From contig OX597836.1 in NCBI GenBank assembly GCA_951406725.2, positions 15,314,001 through 15,378,000 of the forward strand: DNA of 64,000 bases, given 5' to 3'. The first letter of the stretch is position 1. Each line of letters opens with the position of its first letter. Made by a program: the position numbers and the translations under genes. Source of the DNA: Octopus vulgaris. Its lineage: Eukaryota. Below the pieces are notes generated by a model. That model searched no databases and was not told where the DNA came from. It saw nothing but the letters and a program-made list of their open reading frames with translations. This document shows, in pieces, positions 46,830 through 64,000 of this stretch.

Positions 46830-47460
46830 CCTTTCTACTGTAGACACAAAGCCTGAAGTTTGGGGGAAGGGATTAAGTCAATTACATCGACCCCAGTGCG
46901 TAACTGGTACTTATTTAATCGACCCCAAGAGGAGGAAAGGCAAATTCGACCTCGGTGGAATTTGAACATATGAAATACTTATTTCTTTACTATCCACAAG
47001 GGGCTAAACATAGAGGGGATAAACAAGGACAGACAAATGGATTAAGTCGATTATATCAATCCCAGTGCATAACTGGTACTTATTTTATCGACCCCGAAAG
47101 GATGAAAGGCAAAGTCGACCTCGGCAGAATTTGAACTCAGAACGTAAAGACAGACGAAATACCGCTAAGCATTTTGCCTAGCATGCTAATGATTCTGCCA
47201 GCTCGCCGCCCTAACACATGAAATACCTATTTCTTTACTACCCACAAGGGGCTAAACATTGACGGGACAAACAAGGACAGACAAACGGATTAGGTCGATC
47301 ATATCGACCCCAGTGCATAACTGGTACTTAATTTATCGACCCCGAAAGGATGAAAGGCAAAGTCGACCTCGGCAGAATTTGAACTCAGAACGTAGCAGCA
47401 GACGAAATACCGCTAAGCATTTCGCCTGGCATGCTAATGATTCTGCCAACTCACCGCCTT
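46830..47460 (-). mobile_element. SINE family B, three tandem copies
   Basis: Repeated core motif. Confidence 0.8.
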
Positions 47461-48302
47461 TACCAGCTCAATAATCACAAAGGTATTTCACTATATTCTT
47501 CGTTAATTTCAAAATTAATTGAAATAAAGGAAATGTAGTATTTCAACAGAAATATGATAATAAAAGGTAAGTGATCTAAATTAGAACCTTCCAGCAAAAT
47601 TCCATGTTAAGTTTTGTTCCAAACACCAGCTAAATAACAACAGTTATTTTACTAAATTCTTCGTTATTTTGAAAATCATTTGAAAAAAAAAGGCAGTGTT
47701 TTTCAATAGAAATATGGTAATAAAATGGTTAAATACTGTATGATTCTATAAGTCTATGCATTCTGTGACTCACCTAAGACTACCCCTTGGTTCTATGATA
47801 CAAACATCTTGATTCAAAGTGACTGAAATTAAAACCTTCAATGAAAGCTGCAAGCTGATCTATGTTAACAATCCTTTCTGCTATGGGAACAAAACCTGCA
47901 ATTTTGGGGGAAGGACTTGTCAATTACATCAACCCCAGTGTATAACTGGTACTCATTTCACCAATCCTGAAAGAATGAAAAGCAAGGTGGGATTTGAACT
48001 CAAAATGTAAAAACATATATATGTACATGTGTGTGTGTGTGTGCATGTGCACCCGAGTCGCTTTCTCTTGATATCACATAATAGTCGTGAGCATCAGTGT
48101 CATAATAAGTCAAGTCATTAATTTCCAGTCTTCTGTGCATGCCTGGCCATGGGGGAAATACTATCTTGCTTGGAAACAGGTAAAGATTGGCAACAGGAGG
48201 GGCATCCAGTTGAGGAAATCTGCTTCAATAAATTCCGTCTCACCCATGCAAGCATTGTTAAAAGAGGCATTAAAATAACAATAATACATTTTTATTATAT
48301 AC

Positions 48303-48700
48303 TGGCTGTGTGGTAAGTAGCTTGCTAACCAGCCACATGATTCCGGGTTCAGTCCCACTGCGTGGCATCTTGGGCAAGTGTCTTCTGCTATAGCCCCGGG
48401 CCGACCAATGCCTTGTGAGTGGATTTGGTAGACGGAAACTGAAAGAAGCGTGTCGTATATATGTATATATATATATATGTGTGTGTATATGTGTTTGTGT
48501 GTCTGTGTTTGTCCCCCTAGCATTGCTTGACAACTGATGCGGTTCGGCAAAAGAGACCGATAGAATAAGTACTGAACTTACAAAGAATAAGTCCCGGGAT
48601 CGATTTGCTCGACTAAAGGCGGTGCACCAGCATGGCCGCAGTCAAATGACTGAAACAAGTAAAAGAGTAAAAGTAAAAGAGTAAAAAGAGTAAAAGAGTA
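48303..48700 (+). mobile_element. SINE family A
   Basis: Matches the other copies. Confidence 0.85.
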
Positions 48701-49134
48701 TATTCTTTCATTCTTTTACTTGTTTCAGTCATTTGACTGCGGCCATGCTGGAGCACCGCCTTTAGTTGAACAAATCAATCCCGGGACGTAAACGCACCAG
48801 CATCGGTTGTCAAGCGATGTTAGAGGGACAAAGTGAAACAAAGTGTCTTACTTAAGGACACAACACACCACTGAGAATCCAAACTAAGTGTCCTAACCAC
48901 TAAGCTATACGTGAGCTTAGGCACGGTTGAGTGCTCAAGAAATTTGCTTGCTTCTTCATCATCTCACCTCAGGTTCAATCCCACTGCGTGTCACCTTGGG
49001 CAAGTGTCTTCTACTATAATCTCAGGCTACCTAGAACCTTGTGAGTGGATTTGGTAGATGGAAACTGAAGGAAGAGCAGAGGGTTGTACCAAACTCTATC
49101 ATTAGCATAGTTACTACAGCTGGGTTTTTTTTGT

Positions 49135-50100
<966 letters not shown>

Positions 50101-50469
50101 ATTTCGTCGTTGTTTTAACGTCTATTTTTCTGTGCTTGTATGGATCGGGTGGAATTTATTGAGGCAGATGTATTTTATGGCCTGATGCCCTCCCTGTTAC
50201 CAACCCTCACCTGTTTTCAAGAAAGGGTCATATTTCTCCATGGCCAGACATCTCCAGTCTTCCCTAGAAGACTGGAGATGAAGGATACTGCTTGGATGAC
50301 AGTGACGCTCATTTACAGCTACAAGACAATGTTAAGGCAGGGAGACACTAACACAAACATGCATGCGCACACATACACACACACATGCACACAACCACAT
50401 GGAGCATACCTACACATGTGCACCCCACAGATTTTGTTGCCTCCATAACTCCCAGCAAAATACTCTAAC

Positions 50470-50682
50470 TCTCTTTTACTCTTTTACTTGTTTCAGTCAT
50501 TTTGACAGCAGCCATGCTGGAGCACTGCCTTTAGTCAAGCAAGTCGACCAGGGACTTATTCTTTGTAAGCCTAGTACTTATTCTATCGGTCTCTTTTGCC
50601 GAACAGCTAAGTTACGGGGATGCAAACACACCAGAATCGGTTGTCAAGTGATGTTGGGGGGACAAACACAAACACACACACA

Positions 50683-50739
<57 letters not shown>

Positions 50740-50907
50740 GTACATATATACGATGGGCTTCTTTCAATTTCTGCCTACTAAATCCACTCACAAGGCTTTG
50801 GCCAGCCCGAGGCAAGAGTAGAAGACACTTACTCAAGGTGCCATGTAGTGGGACTGAACCTGGAACCATGTGGTTCGTAACCAAGCTACTTACCACACAG
50901 CCACTTC
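50470..50907 (-). mobile_element. SINE family A
   Basis: Matches the other copies. Confidence 0.85.
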
Positions 50908-50992
50908 TGGATAGTTTTTAATGAAATTTCATACAAATTTGTGATGATGATACATACACACACATATATATATCATACATATGTATACGTAG

Positions 50993-51312
50993 TGAGGGCG
51001 CGTGGTTTAGTGGTTAGGGCATTCGGCTCATGATCGTAAGGTTGTGAGTTCGATTCCCGGCGACGCGTTGTGTCCTTGAGCAAGACACTTTATTTCACGT
51101 TGCTCCAGTCCACTCAGCTGGCAAAAATGAGTTGTACTTGTATTTCAAAGGGTCAGCCTTGTCACTCTCTGTGTCACGCTGATTATCCCCGAGAACTACG
51201 TTAAGGGTACACGTGTCTGTGGAATGCTCAGCCATTTGCACGTTAATTTCACGAGCAAGCTGTTCCGTTGATCGTATCAGCTGGGACCCTCGTCATCGTA
51301 ACCGGCGGAGTC
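50993..51312 (+). mobile_element. SINE family C variant with different tail
   Basis: Same head and core as 45677-45925. Confidence 0.75.
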
Positions 51313-51854
51313 TTAAATGTATACGTATGTTGCTCTTTGTCAATGGAATGCTAAAAATAGAATATGGGTATAAAACAATGGAAAACTATTGGTGATCCTG
51401 TGGTGCTTTTGACCCCACTCAACTGAAGATGTGCAGGTACACAGCTATTGTTGGATTATATTAATAGAAGAATGTGAATAATAAGTGAAATACTGAGTAA
51501 TTACCAGCTGATGCTAATGCATAGAAACAATTGTAGTGATTTGGATTATAACCTGGCTGTGTGGTAAGAAGCTTGCTTTGTAACCACGGGGTTTCGGGTT
51601 CAGTCCCACTGTGTGACACCTTGGACGAGTGTTTTCTACCATAGCCTTGGGCCGACCAAAGCCTTGAGAGTGAATTTGGTAAACAAAAACTGAAAGAAGC
51701 CTGTCGTAAGTACTCGGTTTTATAAGAAATAAGTTCTAGGGTTGATCTGTTTGACTAAGAGAAAAAAAGATAGAAAGAAGAAAAGAAAGAGGAAGAAAGA
51801 AAGAAAAGGAGGAAGGAAGTAAGGAAAGAAAAGAAGAACACTCAATAAATAAGC

Positions 51855-52019
51855 ACCATATCTTAACATGTATAAGGAACCCCTTTTTGTCAAAAATTAG
51901 GTTAAAAAAATATGGGAGTTTCTTATACATGGATAGTATTATAATCCCTCACAAAACCATTTTTCCAAATTTTAAGCCCCCAAAATTAGCGGGTTTCTTA
52001 TACATGTTAAAATATGGTA
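51855..52019. mobile_element. Tigger/pogo-like MITE
   Basis: TIRs ACCATAT(C/T)TTAACATGTATAAG(G/A)AACCC. Confidence 0.55.
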
Positions 52020-52274
52020 ATTATATTTTGGGGAACAGTAGTCGTTATTATTTTTATTATTAAACCTTGGTCCATTGTAGAGCAATTAATTTTGAACCTA
52101 ATTAAATTAGATAAAACAAAAGTAAATGGAAGATATCAAAACAAGTATACTTAAGACAAGCTAACGATAACGAGATAAAGAAAAAATGTAATTTCTATTT
52201 TTAAAATATGCTAATCGGTATTTTCTTTCAATTTGCGTACAACTCACATGCATCTGCATACATACATACCTATG

Positions 52275-52332
<58 letters not shown>

Positions 52333-52388
52333 CATATCTCAATGTGTGTATGTGTATATGCATGCAAACATGTTTATGTATGTGTGTA

Positions 52389-52429
<41 letters not shown>

Positions 52430-52486
52430 CACACATACACACATACATAAACATGTTTGCATGCATATACACATACACACATTGAG

Positions 52487-52542
<56 letters not shown>

Positions 52543-52546
52543 TATA

Positions 52547-52583
<37 letters not shown>

Positions 52584-52615
52584 TACATATATATATTTAC
52601 ACACACATATATATA

Positions 52616-52691
<76 letters not shown>

Positions 52692-53112
52692 GTAATACTT
52701 TGATATATGACTTAATTTATACCCGGAGACCACTCGTAAAGTGAAAATTCATAAAGCAGAGCAATAATTTCGCATAGTAACAATGTTATAAATTGTAATT
52801 CGTTCCCAGAAAACTATTTTACCTATAAAATTTATAATACTCATAAATAAATGGCAATAAAACAACAGTAGAATGTTAAGAATATTCTATGCAAAGTAAA
52901 AAGAATGTTGAGATCATTTATAATAAAAATATTATTATAACTGTTTTCTGAATCCCTGTCACTCACACTAGACTCGCATACATCAATACTTGTAGACACA
53001 ATCACCAATTCACAAGCACTCGTAGACAGACTCATAGATTTCTTTTTAAAAAACAAGTCTAGAATTCAATAATAAATCTCTGAACGAGATATAAACAGTA
53101 ACCGCTCGACAA

Positions 53113-53212
53113 CGTAAGGTGTACTAGCCATCTGAATGTGGCTAGCCACTGGGGGTCAGTAACACCCAACCCCCAGTGGCTAGCCACATTCAGATGGCTA
53201 GTACACCTTACG
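53113..53212. repeat. Perfect hairpin: 44-bp arms, 12-nt loop
   Basis: 53113-53156 versus 53169-53212. Confidence 0.92.
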
Positions 53213-53418
53213 AAGTCTAGAATTGTTTGCTTAGAAGAAGCTTCTTCTCATTCTCTATAAATAAGCATTTGTTATGGTAGCAGGAACTTTTGCACTTTGT
53301 ACAAAATTTGCTTGTTCAACCTTTTTGTATCTATCATAAAAGAAAACTTGTAAACCCATGTGTGTGTGTGTGTGTGTATATGCGTTTATATGAGTGCTGT
53401 TGAAGTGTGTTTGTAGGT

Positions 53419-53543
53419 TATTTAAGGTGTGATGATAAGTAATCAGTCAAGATCAGCATTAGTCAGTCATTAATCAACACCACAAGCAGCAACATTGACT
53501 GTAACAGCAACAACAAAAAGACAAGCATTTCTTTAAGGTAAGA
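53419..53543 (+). promoter_or_regulatory. Candidate core promoter and non-coding first exon of the FRRS1-like gene
   Basis: TATTTAA at 53419, TCAGT initiator-like motifs about 25-45 bp downstream, donor aag|gtaaga at 53538. The ATG exon starts only 4 nt after an acceptor, so an upstream exon is required. Confidence 0.35.
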
Positions 53544-53785
53544 AAACTGAAACAGTTTAAAATGCCAAAAAAAAAAAAATCCTTTCTACTTTAGGTAAAA
53601 GTTCTGGTTTTTTTGAAAGATGGGGCTAGTCAATTACATTGATCCCAGTACATGACTGGTATTTATTTTATATATATGTTATCTTTTCCTTGTTTCAGTT
53701 TATTAAGCTGTAACCATGCTGGAGCACCACCTTGAAGGGTTTTAGTCGAACAAATCGACCCAGGACTTTTTTATGCCTAGTACAT

Positions 53786-53821
<36 letters not shown>

Positions 53822-53974
53822 AATGTAGGATAAAAATTTTTTTCATGAAAAAATTTTTATCAATGGCCAGCATATCAAAAAATACCTTAAAGGTTAAATT
53901 TATAAATAATTTACAAGATAAGGGCAGAAGAAAATTAGAATTTTTCTTCTGCCCTTATCTTGTAAATTATTTAT

Positions 53975-54275
<301 letters not shown>

Positions 54276-54665
54276 GGCAAGCTAGCAGAATTGTCTGCAC
54301 GCCTGGCGAAATGCTTAGCAGCATTTCATCTGCCGTTACGTTCTGAGTTCAAATTCCACCGAGGCCAACTTTACCTTTCATCCTTTCGGGGTCGATTACA
54401 TAAGTACCAGTTACGCACTGGGGTCGATATAATCGACTTAATCCGTTTGTCTGTCCTTGTTTGTCCTCTCTCTGTGTTTAGCCCTTTGTGGGTAGTAAAG
54501 AAATAGGTATTTCGTCTCCCATTACTTTCTGAGTTCAAATTCCGCCGAGGTCGACTTTGCCTTTCATCCTTTCGGGATCGATTGAATAAGTACCAGTTAC
54601 GCACTGGAATCGACTTAATCCCTTTGTTTGCTCCTCTGTGTTTAGCCTCCTGTGGGCAATAAAGG
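54276..54665 (+). mobile_element. SINE family B, tandem partial dimer
   Basis: Repeated core motif. Confidence 0.8.
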
Positions 54666-54774
54666 AAATTTTATATATATATATATATATACATATATAC
54701 ACATATATACATATATATATATATATACACACACATACACATTACATATAAATGCATACATATATATATGTATG

Positions 54775-54805
<31 letters not shown>

Positions 54806-55014
54806 CTCATCATCATCATCATCATCATCTTCATCATATATATATATATATAATTTATAAACAAAACGAAAAGGAAAAAGATTTCTTTTGCCCTTGTTTG
54901 TAATTGTTTATAATTTTCACCTTTAGAGGTATTTTAATATACTGGCCACTTTGATGGAATTTTTTGGGGAAAAAATTTTTATCCTATATTAGAAGTATAT
55001 ATATATATATATTA

Positions 55015-56410
55015 TCCTCATCATCATCCTCATCATCAATATCATTTAACCTCCGCTTTCCATGCTAGCATGGGTTGGAAGATTTGACTGAGGTCTGGCA
55101 AACCAGACGGCTGTACCAGACTCCAATCCTAACGCCAACCACTCCGAGAGTGTACTGGGTGCATTTACGTGCCACTGGTATGAGGGCCAGTCAGGCGATA
55201 GTAACAATGGCCACGCTCAAATGGTGCTTTTTATGTGCCACCTGCACGGGAGCCAGTCCAGCGGCACTGGCAAGGACCTCGCTCGAATGTTTTTTTTACA
55301 TACCACCAGTACAAGTGCTAGGAAGGCGATGCAGGTAACGATCACACTTGAATGGTGTTTTTAACATGCCATCGGCACGGAGGCCAGCTTGTTGCTCTGG
55401 CCACGATCTCACTCCTACAGTACTTTTAGTGCTCCACTAGCATGGATGCCAGCCATCGAATTTGATTTCAATTTGACTTGCCTCAACAAGTTTTCGCAGG
55501 CAGAGTTTAGTGTCCATTGAAGGAAAGGCATGCATAAGTGGACTGGTTACACCCCTGGCATAGGCCACAAGGTTATGGTCTCACTTGCGCTTGCCGAGTC
55601 TTCTCAAGCACACCATATTTCCAGAGGTCCTGGTCACTAGTCATTGCCTCGATAAGGCCTAGTGTTTGAAGGTCATGCTTCACCACTTAATCCTAGGTCT
55701 TCCTAGGTCTACCTCTTCCACAGGTTCCCTCAACTGCTAGGGTGTAGCACTTTTTCACATAGCTATCCACATCTATTCTTGCCACATGGCCATACCAGCA
55801 CAGTCGTCTCTCTTGCACACTACATCTGATGCTTCTTAGGTCCAACCTTTCCCTCAAGGCACTAAGACTCTGTCGAGTATGCACACTGACATTACACATC
55901 CATCGGAGCATGCTGGCTTCATTCCTTGTGAGCTTACGCATGTCCTCAGCAGTCACAGGCCATGTTTCACTGCCATGTAGCATGGCTGTTCGTATACATG
56001 CGTCGTACAGTCTACCTTTTATTCTGAGCGAGAGGCCCTTTGTCACCAGCAGGGGTAAGAGCTCTCTGAACTTAGCCCAGGCTATTCTTATTCTAGCAGC
56101 TACACTTTCAGTGAACCCTCCCCCGCTACTGACTTGGTCACCTAGGTAACAGAAGCTATCAACTACTTCTAGTTTTTCTCCCTGGAATGAGGCGGAAGTT
56201 GTTCTCTGCACATTTTCAGTGTTATTTATTGCTCCCAAGCATCTGCCACAGACAAAAACTATCCTCCCGGTTAGCCTTCCTTTGAAATTACTGCTCCTCT
56301 TATGTGTCCATAGCTTACATTGGGTACATCTTATAGAGTTTCTACCTACACCTTTTCTACAGATCGAGCAGGGCCATCTACCTGAAGGGATTTTTGGTTT
56401 GCCTGCCTTC
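55015..56410 (-). mobile_element. RTE-like LINE, 5'-truncated (ORF2 C-terminal part, 3' UTR, (TGA)n tail)
   Basis: WPCSICRKGVGRNSIRCTQCKLWTHKR, LEVVDSFCYLG, RIRIAWAKFREL, RRLCWYGHV, GRGRPRKT. Short 3' relics of related families at about 1366-1505, 8680-9270, 13757-14215, 50110-50340, 60400-60510, 60910-61047, 63220-63270. Confidence 0.85.
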
Positions 56411-56460
<50 letters not shown>

Positions 56461-57537
56461 ATACATACATACATACATACATACATACATACATACATCT
56501 ATATATATTTATCAGGTGGTGCTATACTGGCTGAAACCTATCAAAGTTATCAAAGTTATATATACATATATATATATTCAATAAAGGGTGGAATATAATT
56601 AATTTAATAAAATTAATCAATTTCACCTAGCAGATTTGTCGGTATGGAAAAGACCATATTTGGTAAGGGTTATAATAATTATAATAAAGGGTTAAATGCA
56701 ACAAGTTGCTCAAAACCGCATACCGAAAATATTAGAAATAGCAGCCAAAATTGGTCAGTATTTCCTCTACTGGTAAAAAGTCTCCACAAACAAACAGAAT
56801 TTGTAAGCTGTATATGGCAAAAAAAGGCAGAAAATAATGAAAACCCAGCCTCTGGATTAATTATAGACGACTCGTTTCTGGATTAGAACCGAAGGTTCAT
56901 TTCCTTGTCAATATAATATTTCCTATAGATCTAGAAATGCTAGGGGAAAAACTCACCCGTTACACCAGTACGATCTGCAACATCGGACGGTTTGGGTGCT
57001 ACGTTCCAACTAATACTTGTTTGTTGTTTACGCAACCGTCATTGTCTTTTGTTTTTGTAAATTCTCATTATATGTATGTATGTATGTATGTATGTATGAT
57101 GTATACATACATACACATATTTATATATATGCATGTATACATATATATATAAATATATGTATAGATTGATATATGTAGACATATATATACACGCACACAA
57201 ATATATATTGTGTATTTGTGTATGAGTGTGTCTTTGTGTTTATGCCACAAACACACACACACACACACACACACACAGTGCTTCATAACTGATGTTTGTT
57301 TGTTTACATCTATCTCTGCTACTTAGTTCACCAAAACAGTCTGATAGAATAAGTACCAGACTTCCAAAAAAATGAAAAAGACATATTGAGTAGGGGATCG
57401 ATTTCATCACCTAAACCCTACAAACCGATGCTCCAGCATGGCCGCAGTCCAATGACTAAATCAAGTAAATGATTTAAAAGAATTGCTTATATCCATTGAT
57501 TTATCTATCTGTTTTGCTCTTAAATTCTTCCAGAACC

Positions 57538-63613
<6,076 letters not shown>

Positions 63614-63639
63614 GTAAGTCATCATAAGTTATCTGTATA

Positions 63640-64000
63640 CTCTTTACTCTTTACTCTTTTACTTGTTTCAGTCATTTGACTGCGGCCATGCTGGAGCACC
63701 GCCTTTAGTCGAGCAACTCGACCCCGGGACTTATTCTTTTTTTTGTAAGCCCAGTACTTATTCTATCGGTCTCTTTTTGCCGAACCGCTAAGTGACGGGG
63801 ACATAAACACACCAGCATCGGTTGTCAAGCAATGCTAGGGGGACAAACACAGACACACAAACACAGATATATATATACACATATACGACAGGCTTCTTTC
63901 AGTTTCCGTCTACCAAATCCACTCACAAGGCTTTGGTCGGCCCGAGGCTATAGCAGAAGACACTTGCCCAAGGTACCACGCAGTGGGACTGAACCCGGAA
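63640..64000 (-). mobile_element. SINE family A, intronic, runs off the window
   Basis: Matches the other copies. Confidence 0.85.

Overview
AT-rich, microsatellite- and SINE-dense eukaryotic DNA. The repeat landscape (tRNA-derived SINEs, RTE and Penelope fragments, long (TA)n/(TATG)n tracts) suggests a cephalopod, probably Octopus; this is an inference, not a lookup. Host genes: (1) a single-coding-exon LRR-Ig-TM receptor of Kekkon/LRRC24 type (+, about 3982-6021); (2) three intronless, co-oriented, full-length CFAP57/WDR65 paralogs (-, 24664-28059, 32082-35486, 41535-45008); (3) the 5' part of a multi-exon Reeler+DOMON (FRRS1/SDR2-like) gene (+, six coding exons 57538-63613) that runs off the window. 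The rest is mobile DNA: three SINE families, non-autonomous Helitrons, MITEs with 8-bp or TTAA target duplications, and LINE/Penelope/Gypsy relics. Best leads: the CFAP57 array (probable retrogene amplified in tandem, mosaic gene-conversion tracts, start-codon turnover, copy-specific coiled-coil duplications, conserved mini-promoter and 3' UTR); a TSD-flanked ~205-bp tandem repeat with a minimal hammerhead-ribozyme core in each unit (retrozyme-like), plus further hammerhead-like motifs; and several perfect hairpins and templated or inverted local copies.
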